A program made the translations under genes and the position numbers. Under the pieces are notes generated by a model that saw only the letters and a list, made by a program, of their open reading frames with translations, searched no databases and had not been told where the DNA came from. Positions 1 to 8,964 of a DNA stretch of 54,624 nt are shown one piece after another (positions within the stretch are counted from its first letter, which is position 1; every line of letters begins with the position of its first letter). The DNA is from a bacterium (lineage in GTDB: Bacteria > Bacillota > Clostridia > Peptostreptococcales > Anaerovoracaceae), in assembly GCA_963626305.1 (NCBI GenBank), contig CAVFWT010000033.1:1-54624 (forward strand), read 5' to 3'.

Positions 1-70
1 GATTTGGAGTTAATGAAAAAGTTAATTCATACATACTTTTTCCCGGGAATAAAGGAGGAAATACAAGAAC

Positions 71-1300
71 GTGGGTTTGAATGATTTGCTCAATATCAAT
101 AAATCGCTGGAAATTCTCAAAAGTCGCATGAGTATCACACGTCAGCGCTTAGAAGAAGTGCGCATGGAGTTGAATGATGCCAAAACACAAATTAAGAAAC
201 AGAACAATCGTATTTCTGAACTGGAATCGATTGTGCAGCGAGAGTTTGTTCGGCGCGATGAATGGGAAAGAAAAGAAGCAGAAGTTCATCGCCTTGCAAA
301 TGGGCGAAAGGTTTGGGTCATCAAATGTCCAGCACCGGATTCTGCCCTGAAGTATCATGGCGGTAAGTATGGTGATTATGCTTATTGCATGAATATCAAG
401 AAAAATCTAGAACAGCTCGGGTACTATGTCGTCCTCGATTGCTACGAAGATTGGAATTGCAGCATCAATGCGGACGTCGTTCTCGTCATCCGAGGAACAC
501 ATGACTTCCACCCCGATCGCCGTGACGAGCGCACGAAATTCGTGCTCTGGATGGTGAGTCATCCAGAAATGGTGACGATTGATGAACTGAATTTATACGA
601 TCTTGTTCTGGTGGATTCAGAGCCATATGCAGTAAGATTGAAACAAGAAGCCAATGTCCCCGTAGAACCATTCTACGTGCTGACCGATACGGATATGTTC
701 TACCCGCAATTGGACTCCGATGATGTAACATCACCGACCGTTGCGAGCTCAACAATACTTAGCAACAAACCGTTTGATGTAAATGCTCATTACAACCGCG
801 TTTTTATTGGAAATACGCGCGGAATTCTGCGTGATTGTATAAAATGGTGTAATGACAATCATATTGAAGTTGATGTCTGGGGGGCAGAGTGGGAGAAATT
901 TTTCCCGAACAGTCTGTATGTTCATCTTCACGGACAGGTGGCTTATGAGCAGATTCCGGAGATTTATCGTCATTCCAGATTTGTTATTAATGACCACTAT
1001 GAAGAAATGCTCGAAACCGGCATGCTGAATAATCGCTTTCCGGAAGTTCTTCTATCGGGTATTCCGATGATCTGTGACTGGTCCGAAAGTTTCGAGAAGA
1101 AATATGGAGACATGGTTCTCTTCTATCGAAACGAGGCGGAATTTCTTCAGTGCATGGAAGAAATGGAAACGCGTTATGATGAGCTAAAAGCAAATGTTAT
1201 GCAGAACCAGGAGAATTTACGAGCAACCTTTGATTTTCAAATGGGAATTCAGCGTATGGTAAAGCTGATTGAAGAATCTGGAAATAGCGTAACTAGATAG
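71..1300 (+). CDS. CgeB-like GT-B glycosyltransferase with N-terminal coiled coil
   Basis: 409-aa ORF with GTG start and AAAGGAGG upstream. Heptad-rich N-terminus. C-terminal FIGN...DVWG..W...INDH..M...G.LNNR.PE pattern typical of CgeB/Glyco_trans_1_2 proteins. Confidence 0.7.
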   Translation: MGLNDLLNINKSLEILKSRMSITRQRLEEVRMELNDAKTQIKKQNNRISELESIVQREFVRRDEWERKEAEVHRLANGRKVWVIKCPAPDSALKYHGGKYGDYAYCMNIKKNLEQLGYYVVLDCYEDWNCSINADVVLVIRGTHDFHPDRRDERTKFVLWMVSHPEMVTIDELNLYDLVLVDSEPYAVRLKQEANVPVEPFYVLTDTDMFYPQLDSDDVTSPTVASSTILSNKPFDVNAHYNRVFIGNTRGILRDCIKWCNDNHIEVDVWGAEWEKFFPNSLYVHLHGQVAYEQIPEIYRHSRFVINDHYEEMLETGMLNNRFPEVLLSGIPMICDWSESFEKKYGDMVLFYRNEAEFLQCMEEMETRYDELKANVMQNQENLRATFDFQMGIQRMVKLIEESGNSVTR

Positions 1301-1410
1301 TGCCAATAGGGCGTATTTATAAAAACGATAAATCGATTTGCAGTAATATGACCTCAACATCATGTATAATCAACGATGATAGAATTTATGAACTTTAAGG
1401 AGGATTATTT

Positions 1411-2046
1411 ATGAAGAAGATGTTATTGGTTGCCGCACTGGCTGTAACGATGGTATTCTCTCTGGCAGCATGCGGAAGCTCGAGTTCCAGTAGCGACGCT
1501 GCTAGTGCAGAAGTTACAACGAACAAGGATGCGAAATCCATTTCCTTCGTTGCAACTGTTAATGAGAAAGGCCTCAAGGCAGATTCGACCATGCATTACA
1601 TCGTTAATGCGGACGGTAAGGCTGCAAAGAAGGCTATTTTTACCACAAATGTAACACCAGAGCAGGTATACAATGCCCTGGAAGAAGTAGGCGGTAAGCC
1701 ATGGAATACTTCCACTGACAGAATCGAAGACGGTGAGTTCACCGACGGACCGAAGGTGAAGGTAACACTTTCATGGGATGGTGAGGACTCCGTTGCATTC
1801 GCAGATACCGTTAAGACGGCAGATGGCAACATCAAGGACGACATTCGTTTCTCTGGAAATCTGGACAACAACAATGACTGTGGTTCCGGATGCGTTATGT
1901 GCCTCAACAGCTGCTGGGCTGGAATTCTTTCCAACGCTGCATATGGCTTCAACGCAATTGATGGTGGCGATGTAGTTGCGCAGGCAAATACGGACAATCT
2001 GCCAGAAGCAGGTACGGAAGTAACTGTTACATTCACACTCAAATAA
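1411..2046 (+). CDS. YdjY-like Cys-rich lipoprotein
   Basis: Strong RBS (AAGGAGG), lipobox LAAC, Ser-rich tether, C-terminal CGSGCVMCLNSC motif resembling YdjY-domain proteins. Confidence 0.7.
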   Translation: MKKMLLVAALAVTMVFSLAACGSSSSSSDAASAEVTTNKDAKSISFVATVNEKGLKADSTMHYIVNADGKAAKKAIFTTNVTPEQVYNALEEVGGKPWNTSTDRIEDGEFTDGPKVKVTLSWDGEDSVAFADTVKTADGNIKDDIRFSGNLDNNNDCGSGCVMCLNSCWAGILSNAAYGFNAIDGGDVVAQANTDNLPEAGTEVTVTFTLK

Positions 2047-2068
2047 GATAAGCAGGGAGCAAATAATC

Positions 2069-2506
2069 ATGACGAACGATATGGTAATTGAAAAATTCAA
2101 GAACGGTATTGATTGCGGTCAGGTGGTTACAGAACAGTTTGAAGTCGAGACCGGCTTCACTGTTTCTCAGCTTCGTAAGATTTCTGCTTGTTATGCCGCT
2201 GGCATGATGAGAGGCGAGACTTGTGGAGCTGTACTGGGTGCATATAACGTAATTGGCTTGATTTATGGACACAGCGAAGAAGGAGACGAGGCACAGAAGG
2301 GAAAGATGCTCGAGAAGATGCTTCGTTTCAATGAATACTTCTCCGAGAAGTATTCGGACGGGTTCCAATGTAAGGAGCTGCTGGGTGCGGATATTTCGAC
2401 ACCAGAAGGCGGCAAGAAGATTAACGAAGAGAATCTTCTCTTTACCAAATGTCCACAGATTTGCTGTGATGTCGTAGAAGTATTGAAGAAAGTCATTGCG
2501 GAGTAA
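2069..2506 (+). CDS. C-GCAxxG-C-C family putative redox-active protein
   Basis: DCGQ...ETCGAVLG...QCKELLG...KCPQ cysteine pattern in a 145-aa protein. Confidence 0.85.
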   Translation: MTNDMVIEKFKNGIDCGQVVTEQFEVETGFTVSQLRKISACYAAGMMRGETCGAVLGAYNVIGLIYGHSEEGDEAQKGKMLEKMLRFNEYFSEKYSDGFQCKELLGADISTPEGGKKINEENLLFTKCPQICCDVVEVLKKVIAE

Positions 2507-2509
2507 TAT

Positions 2510-3550
2510 ATGTCCCATAATAATTCGATAACAATCGACACGATTCCGGGCCTGCGTGCATTTACGCAGAGCCCGGATTATCGTAGTGCCTTAAATTTAC
2601 CGGAAGAACAGCAGGAAACCTATGAGCTCTTAGCCTTCGGCGAGTACAACATCAACTTTATGTTTATGCACCCAATCGATGGGGAGAAGCGTGTTCTTCG
2701 TGTAACCACAGAGAGCCAGATGCATCTTTCGAATCAGATTGAGTACGAAGCGAATGCACTCAATCTTCTTGGTGCTTCCGGCAGAACGCCACAGCTATGC
2801 TATGTGCAAGGTGGTAATGAGACACTCGAGAAGGGTGCTCTTGTGATGAGCTTCCTACCCGGAAGAGCGCTTGATTACGCCAGTGCCGACGAGCTTTACG
2901 AGACGGCACGGTGCCTGGCGGATGTACACAGTACGCCTGTGTCGTCAGATGCCGGACTCATTCAGCCGGAAATGCCCATTCGTGCAATCCTGGAAGAGTG
3001 CGAAGAGATGTTCCAGACATATATGGAATCCGATTTGGCGGCCGACGATATCAAGACAAGAATCCGTCGCCTTCTAGATGAGGGATGGCACCGCATTCGG
3101 GATGCGAAGCCGTATGATGGGTATTTCTGCTGCGTCAATACGGAACTGAATAATACCAACTTCTTAGTGGATGATGACTGTCACGTGATGCTGGTGGACT
3201 GGGAGAAACCACTCTATTCCGACCCGGCGCAGGACCTCGGACACTTCTTGGCACCGACAACCACGTTCTGGAAGACGGATGTCATCTTTGACGATTCGAC
3301 GATTGAACGGTTCTTGGATGACTATCTGGATGCCGTCCAAGACCGCTTTGACACCACCGGACTTCGGGAACGCACGAAAGAATTCATCGTCATTACTTGC
3401 CTGCGCGGGCTCACTTGGTGCGCAATGGCTTGGGTGCAATACCAAGGGGATGGCAAGAGCCTCACCAACGAGAGCACCCGCGTCAAATTGGACGCTTATC
3501 TGAGCGATGCATTTTTGACACGTATTGAAGAAATTTATGGAATTCGTTAA
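2510..3550 (+). CDS. APH/choline-kinase-like phosphotransferase with atypical catalytic loop
   Basis: GEYNINF glycine loop, VLRV, LADVH, NTELNNTNFL (Brenner-like), LVDWE and DPAQDLGHF motifs. Confidence 0.8.
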   Translation: MSHNNSITIDTIPGLRAFTQSPDYRSALNLPEEQQETYELLAFGEYNINFMFMHPIDGEKRVLRVTTESQMHLSNQIEYEANALNLLGASGRTPQLCYVQGGNETLEKGALVMSFLPGRALDYASADELYETARCLADVHSTPVSSDAGLIQPEMPIRAILEECEEMFQTYMESDLAADDIKTRIRRLLDEGWHRIRDAKPYDGYFCCVNTELNNTNFLVDDDCHVMLVDWEKPLYSDPAQDLGHFLAPTTTFWKTDVIFDDSTIERFLDDYLDAVQDRFDTTGLRERTKEFIVITCLRGLTWCAMAWVQYQGDGKSLTNESTRVKLDAYLSDAFLTRIEEIYGIR

Positions 3551-3597
3551 AATAAATATGGCAGGTCGCATTTACCGGCCCGCCGTATTTTATTTTT
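3549..3597 (+). terminator. Probable intrinsic terminator
   Basis: Imperfect stem aatatggcaggtcg/cggcccgccgtatt followed by a T-rich tract right after the stop codon. Confidence 0.55.
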
Positions 3598-3631
3598 AGC
3601 AAAATTCGTAAGAGAAGGATATTGGAAATAT

Positions 3632-5500
3632 ATGGTTTTATTGACAGCGAAGCACATTAAGAAGCGCTTTTCGGAGAAGCAGCTCTTGGAAGACGTGGAG
3701 ATGAGCATTCACCTTGGACACAAAATCGGTCTGGTAGGTGTTAACGGAAGTGGCAAATCCACGCTCCTCAAGATTATCGCAGGTGCGATGGAGCCGGATG
3801 ACGGCGAGATTCTTCGGAGCAACGAGCTTCGCATCGGATATCTCCCGCAGAATCCCGAATATGACCCGGCAAAGACTGTGCTGGAACAGGCAATGGCCTA
3901 TGCAGAGGGAAACATTCCGGAATATATGGTAAAAACATATCTCACGAAGCTCCACATGGAACGATTCGACCAACGAATGGATCAATTGTCGGGTGGTCAG
4001 CGGAAGCGTGTGGCGATGGCAGCAGTGATGTGCAGCGATACGAATCTTCTGATTCTCGACGAGCCGACGAACCACATGGATAACGACGTCATCGAATGGC
4101 TTGAAGACCAGCTCGCAATGTACAAAGGGGCAATTCTCATGATTACCCACGATCGATATTTCCTGGAACGCGTCACGGATCACATTTGTGAGATTGAGAA
4201 AGGGAAGCTCGTCAGTTATCAGGGCAGTTATCAAGACTATCTGGTGGCGAAAGAAGAACGACTCGAACAGAGCAAAGCCAACGAGCGAAAGCGGGCGAAC
4301 TTGTATCGCAAGGAACTTCGCTGGATTCGTTGGACCGCTCCGGCGAGAACCGGAAAGTCCAAGAGCCGAATTCAGCGCTTTGAGAAGATTGAAGCCGCGA
4401 AGGAGACATTTGATGATCCGCGAATGGACATCGGTACAATTAGCGCACGCCTTGGAAAGAAAATCATTGAGCTTCAGCACCTTTCCAAAGCCTATGAGGG
4501 CGTGAATTATATCAACGATTTCAGCTACAATATCTTGCGAAACGACCGCATCGGAATCGTGGGGAACAATGGATGTGGCAAGACCACGTTGCTTCGTATC
4601 ATCATGGGACAAGTGGATCCCGATGCCGGAAGCGTGGAAATCGGTGAGACAGTCTGCATTGGATATTTCGCACAGGAAGCCGAGGAGATGGATCCGAACC
4701 TTCGCGTTATCAAATACATCGAAGAAATCGCGCGTAATGTAAAGACCAAAGACGGATACCTATCGGCGTCCCAGATGCTCGAGAAATTTCTCTTCCCGTC
4801 GCACATGCACTCGGTTCGGATTGAGAAGCTTTCGGGCGGCGAGCGCCGGAGACTCTATCTGCTTGCGGTACTCATGCGAGCGCCAAACGTCCTGATTCTC
4901 GACGAGCCGACGAACGATCTGGATATCGATACGCTGACTGTTCTGGAGGATTATCTGGACGATTTCCCGGGAGCAGTTATCATCGTATCTCACGATCGCT
5001 ATTTCCTAGACCGCTTGGTCATTCGAACATTCGCCTTCGAAGAAGATGGTCACATCCGCGAATACACGGGCGGTTATAGTAAATACATGAACGAGAAAGA
5101 TGCTCGGGAAGCCGTGCTCTTGGCCAAAAGTAAATCGGATTCCAGGAACACTTCCGATTCTGCAGATACAGTGATGAGTTCCGAAAACGCATCTTTGACC
5201 GATAATTCCAGTAACAAAGGCGATGGCCGAAACCAGCGTGCGCCGAAACTGAAGTTTACTTATAAGGAGCAGAAGGAATTCGATACCATTGATGAGGATA
5301 TCGAGAAGTTAGAGGCACGGATTGATGAGCTTGAATCGGAAATGCTGGCAAATGCGTCAGATGCTTTTATCCTGGCAGACTTGTCGGAAGAGAAGACGAA
5401 GATTGAAGCAGAGCTGGAACACAAAATGGAACGCTGGGAATATTTGAATGAATTGGCAGAACGTATTGCACGCGGCGAGCGAGTAGGCGATAATAATTAG
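3632..5500 (+). CDS. ABC-F family ribosome-associated ATPase (Uup/YfmR type)
   Basis: Two Walker A motifs (GVNGSGKST, GNNGCGKTT), two LSGG signatures, two DEPTN motifs, inter-ABC linker, C-terminal coiled coil, no TM segments. Confidence 0.92.
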   Translation: MVLLTAKHIKKRFSEKQLLEDVEMSIHLGHKIGLVGVNGSGKSTLLKIIAGAMEPDDGEILRSNELRIGYLPQNPEYDPAKTVLEQAMAYAEGNIPEYMVKTYLTKLHMERFDQRMDQLSGGQRKRVAMAAVMCSDTNLLILDEPTNHMDNDVIEWLEDQLAMYKGAILMITHDRYFLERVTDHICEIEKGKLVSYQGSYQDYLVAKEERLEQSKANERKRANLYRKELRWIRWTAPARTGKSKSRIQRFEKIEAAKETFDDPRMDIGTISARLGKKIIELQHLSKAYEGVNYINDFSYNILRNDRIGIVGNNGCGKTTLLRIIMGQVDPDAGSVEIGETVCIGYFAQEAEEMDPNLRVIKYIEEIARNVKTKDGYLSASQMLEKFLFPSHMHSVRIEKLSGGERRRLYLLAVLMRAPNVLILDEPTNDLDIDTLTVLEDYLDDFPGAVIIVSHDRYFLDRLVIRTFAFEEDGHIREYTGGYSKYMNEKDAREAVLLAKSKSDSRNTSDSADTVMSSENASLTDNSSNKGDGRNQRAPKLKFTYKEQKEFDTIDEDIEKLEARIDELESEMLANASDAFILADLSEEKTKIEAELEHKMERWEYLNELAERIARGERVGDNN

Positions 5501-5593
5501 ATTACGGTAGGTGTTTAGAATTCGTCGCCGTAACGAATGCGGCGATGGTGTAAGTCTATGTTGCATAATGGTAAAAGGGATAAGGAGACAGCT

Positions 5594-6820
5594 ATGGGAA
5601 TGAATGAGACACCATCATCAGAGAGAATGCACATTGGATTCTTCGGACTTCGGAATGCCGGTAAGTCCAGCCTTGTGAACGCAGTGACCGGTCAGGAGAT
5701 GGCCATCGTATCGGATGTGCGAGGGACGACGACGGATCCCGTCTATAAGTCCATGGAGTTGCTGCCGATGGGACCGGTTGTCATCATCGATACGCCGGGA
5801 ATCGACGATACCGGAAAACTGGGGGAGATGCGTGTTCGCAAGACAAAGCAGATTCTGAACCGGACGGATGTCGCCGTGCTGGTGACCGATGCGACGCGCG
5901 AGCTATGTCCGGAGGAGCAGGAACTGCTGAAGTTATTTGATGAGAAGAAGATTCCGCACGTTATCGCTCGGAACAAAGCCGATCTGCTCGATGAAGTGCC
6001 GACGGTGGTAACAGAAGTGAGCGAAATGCACAAGGAATGTTACACCAGTGCGGAGACGGGCGAAGGCATCTATGAGCTCAAGGAAACCATCGCCCACATG
6101 GGACGCGGTGATGGAATGGATAATCGTCGCTTGGTGGCGGATCTGGTAAAACCAATGGACGTGGTAATCCTCGTGATTCCGATTGATAGTTCGGCACCGA
6201 AAGGCCGCTTGATTTTGCCACAGCAGCAGGCAATTCGCGATCTCCTAGAAGCGGGCGCGGTATCGATTGCTGTCCGTGAGACCGAACTCAAGGAGACCTT
6301 CGATAAGCTTGCAAATCCACCGGCACTTGTTATCACAGATAGCCAGGCGTTCGAGAAGGTATCCGCCGATACACCGGAAAGCGTGCCACTCACGTCCTTC
6401 TCGATTTTGATGGCGAGATACAAAGGGTTCTTGGAAGCTGCAGTGGAAGGGGCAGCGATGCTGGACCACCTGAAACCGGGCGATACTGTTTTGATTTCCG
6501 AAGGCTGCACTCATCACCGTCAATGTGAGGACATCGGTACCGTCAAATTACCGAATTGGCTGAAGAAACACTGCGGATTCGAAGTGAATTTCGAGACGTC
6601 TTCCGGCAGAGAATTCCCAGAGGATCTATCAAAATATGCACTCGTGATTCATTGTGGTGGCTGCATGCTCAATCAGCGTGAACTGCTGTACCGCATGAAG
6701 TGTGCGCAGGATCAGAACGTGCCATTCACCAATTACGGCGTATCGATTGCGCACATGCGAGGAATTTTGGCGAGAAGCACGGCGATGCTCCCAGGCATTA
6801 CCGATATATTAAAGGAGTAA
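5594..6820 (+). CDS. hydF: [FeFe]-hydrogenase H-cluster maturation GTPase
   Basis: GLRNAGKSS, GTTTDPV, DTPG and NKAD GTPase motifs plus EGCTHH...HCGGC Fe-S motif. Start moved to ATG 5594, which follows an AAGGAG RBS. Confidence 0.95.
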   Translation: MGMNETPSSERMHIGFFGLRNAGKSSLVNAVTGQEMAIVSDVRGTTTDPVYKSMELLPMGPVVIIDTPGIDDTGKLGEMRVRKTKQILNRTDVAVLVTDATRELCPEEQELLKLFDEKKIPHVIARNKADLLDEVPTVVTEVSEMHKECYTSAETGEGIYELKETIAHMGRGDGMDNRRLVADLVKPMDVVILVIPIDSSAPKGRLILPQQQAIRDLLEAGAVSIAVRETELKETFDKLANPPALVITDSQAFEKVSADTPESVPLTSFSILMARYKGFLEAAVEGAAMLDHLKPGDTVLISEGCTHHRQCEDIGTVKLPNWLKKHCGFEVNFETSSGREFPEDLSKYALVIHCGGCMLNQRELLYRMKCAQDQNVPFTNYGVSIAHMRGILARSTAMLPGITDILKE

Positions 6821-6823
6821 CGG

Positions 6824-7408
6824 ATGAAAATATGGGTCACTAGGCATGGACAGACGAAATACAACAAATCGAAGCGGATGCAAGGATTGACGGATGAGCC
6901 ACTTAATGAGACGGGGATTGCTCAAGCGAAAGCCGCAAGAGAAACTATCGGTGATGTCAAATTCGACGCAGTATACGCTAGTCCGCTGGACCGTGCAATC
7001 CAGACGGCATCAATTATCGGTGGTGTTCCGCGTGATGAGGTCATTGTGGACTCGCGAATCATTGAGGTGGATTTCGGAAAGTATGAACTCTGCAAATATA
7101 GCCTGCTCGGACCGAAGATGTGGCTCTATTGGGGATTTCCGGAAGTGATGCCGGCACCGAAGAGTGTAGAACCGGTGTCATCGATGGTGGCAAGAAGTCG
7201 CGACTTCCTGCAGGAAATCGAACAGAAGGGATTTGAGAATGTCTTGGTTGTCTGTCACGGTGGAATCATCCGTGCGCTGAGCGGTTATCTGATGGATCGC
7301 CCGAATGGCATCTACTGGAGACCAAAACCACACAACTGTGAAATTCGTATATTTGAAGTGGAGAACGGTCAGCATCGGCTCCTCGATAGCGTGCGCTCAG
7401 ATGAGTAA
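6824..7408 (+). CDS. Histidine phosphatase (phosphoglycerate mutase-like) family protein
   Basis: RHGQT, SPLDRA and VCHGG motifs. Confidence 0.9.
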   Translation: MKIWVTRHGQTKYNKSKRMQGLTDEPLNETGIAQAKAARETIGDVKFDAVYASPLDRAIQTASIIGGVPRDEVIVDSRIIEVDFGKYELCKYSLLGPKMWLYWGFPEVMPAPKSVEPVSSMVARSRDFLQEIEQKGFENVLVVCHGGIIRALSGYLMDRPNGIYWRPKPHNCEIRIFEVENGQHRLLDSVRSDE

Positions 7409-7522
7409 CGTGAGGGGAAATCTTACTCATTAATGTGCCGAATACAGTTCGAGCAAATTCTAATGAACTCTTAATTTGGAAAAGTAAGATAAGCATGATA
7501 TACTTTTACATAATAAGTAATA

Positions 7523-7552
7523 AAGCAGGGTATGAGTATAAATACCCTGCTT
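7523..7552. terminator. Perfect 11-bp hairpin, possible terminator
   Basis: aagcagggtat-N8-ataccctgctt between the phosphatase and pgi; U-tract is weak. Confidence 0.45.
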
Positions 7553-7597
7553 CCTATTGTAGCTCAATAGAAGCTTGTGGAGGAAATTCACGAAATT

Positions 7598-8827
7598 ATG
7601 ATAATAGATACCACGAAAAATTATGTTGATTGGGGAAATACGTCTGATTTGCTCGCAAAGGCAGGTAATTTATATTCTGCATTCCGAGATGAAACGCAGG
7701 ATATGACCGGTTGGGCGAACTTGCCGTGTGACTTCGATGAAACATTGCTGCAAGATATTGAGCGTACGGCAGCACAGATTCGAGAACAGTGCAATCGGAT
7801 GATTGTCATTGGCATCGGTGGTTCATATCTCGGTGCGAAAGCAGTCTACGACGCACTTGGTGGAAACAAGGACGGGTATCCGGAATTGTGTTTCGCAGGT
7901 TATAATTTGAATGCAGCGTCTTTGAACCGTGTGGTGAAGAAGTTAGAATCGCAAGATACTTGTCTCTGTGTAATATCGAAATCCGGAAATACAGTAGAGA
8001 CTTCTTTGGTGTATTCGATTCTCAAAGAGAGAATGATTCTGAAGTACGGCGAGGAAGAAACAGCGAAGAGAATTTATGCGATTACGGACGCGAATAAGGG
8101 CCGTCTTCACGATGAGGCAATCCGCAGTGGATATAAAATGTTCGCGGTACCAGAGAGCGTGGGCGGAAGATATTCCGTGCTTTCGGTGGTGGGCCTGCTT
8201 CCAATTGCGGTAGCGGGTCACAATATTCGAGAACTGCTAAAAGGTGCAGCGGCGCTAGCAAATTCCAATGAGTGGAATTCCGAACTGCTTCATTATGCTG
8301 TATCTCGAAATTGCCTGGCGAAAGAAGGTAAAGTGCTGGAAATCTTCGAATGCTTCGAGGAGAATCTTCAGAATTTCGCAGAATGGCTCAAGCAATTGTT
8401 CGGTGAGAGCGAAGGCAAAGATGGCAAAGGCGTCTATCCGGGAAGCATGTTTTTTACGAGGGATCTCCATTCGATGGGACAGTTCCTTCAGCAAGGAAAT
8501 CAGATTTTCTTCGAGACGATGATTTGTGTGAAGAATGCGAATATCGATTTCGTTATTCCTGAAGATGTAGGAGCACCATATGCCGGAAAGAGTCTGGAAC
8601 AAGTAAATCGCTGTGCAGAAGACGCAGTGGTACTTGCGCATTCAAAGGCGGGAATTCCAATTCATCGAATTGAGATTGACGCCCTGGATGAGTATAACTT
8701 GGGTGAACTCATCTACTTCTTTGAGATGTCTTGTGCGATATCGGCTTCTCTTTTCGAAGTGAATCCATTTGATCAACCGGGAGTGGAAGATTATAAGCGA
8801 GAAATGAGACAGCTAAGTAGTCTGTAG
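7598..8827 (+). CDS. pgi: Glucose-6-phosphate isomerase
   Basis: IGIGGSYLG, ISKSGNTVET, VGGRYSV, QLFGESEGK, DLHSMGQ and NPFDQPGVE motifs. Start placed at ATG 7598 after GGAGG. Confidence 0.93.
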   Translation: MIIDTTKNYVDWGNTSDLLAKAGNLYSAFRDETQDMTGWANLPCDFDETLLQDIERTAAQIREQCNRMIVIGIGGSYLGAKAVYDALGGNKDGYPELCFAGYNLNAASLNRVVKKLESQDTCLCVISKSGNTVETSLVYSILKERMILKYGEEETAKRIYAITDANKGRLHDEAIRSGYKMFAVPESVGGRYSVLSVVGLLPIAVAGHNIRELLKGAAALANSNEWNSELLHYAVSRNCLAKEGKVLEIFECFEENLQNFAEWLKQLFGESEGKDGKGVYPGSMFFTRDLHSMGQFLQQGNQIFFETMICVKNANIDFVIPEDVGAPYAGKSLEQVNRCAEDAVVLAHSKAGIPIHRIEIDALDEYNLGELIYFFEMSCAISASLFEVNPFDQPGVEDYKREMRQLSSL

Positions 8828-8850
8828 AAACAATTCAAAATAAGCGTTAT

Positions 8851-8879
8851 AAAAGGGCAGCCGCAAGGCTGCCCTTTTT
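8851..8879. terminator. Bidirectional intrinsic terminator
   Basis: aaaagggcagcc-gcaa-ggctgccctttt between convergent genes. Confidence 0.85.
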
Positions 8880-8964
8880 GTATGTCGATGTATACTTTAA
8901 TATGTATTGTTAAATATGTATTATGTTTTATTACTTAATTCAACGTTGATGATCTTACAGTCGC

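Noticed and set aside
2069..2506. Selenoprotein read-through in the C-GCAxxG-C-C or YdjY-like genes
   Set aside because: No in-frame TGA; both end in TAA at the expected length.
2510..3550. Aminoglycoside resistance gene
   Set aside because: Only fold-level similarity to APH, a non-canonical catalytic loop, and no mobile context.
3638..4612. 324-aa minus-strand ORF (likewise 12697-13533, 17818-18606, 27260-28111, 29393-30058)
   Set aside because: Each lies antisense to a well-supported gene and has no independent RBS or domain evidence.
7437..7451. CGAATACAGTTCG LexA-like palindrome
   Set aside because: Spacer is one base short of GAAC-N4-GTTC, the left half-site mismatches, and there is no SOS-type gene downstream.
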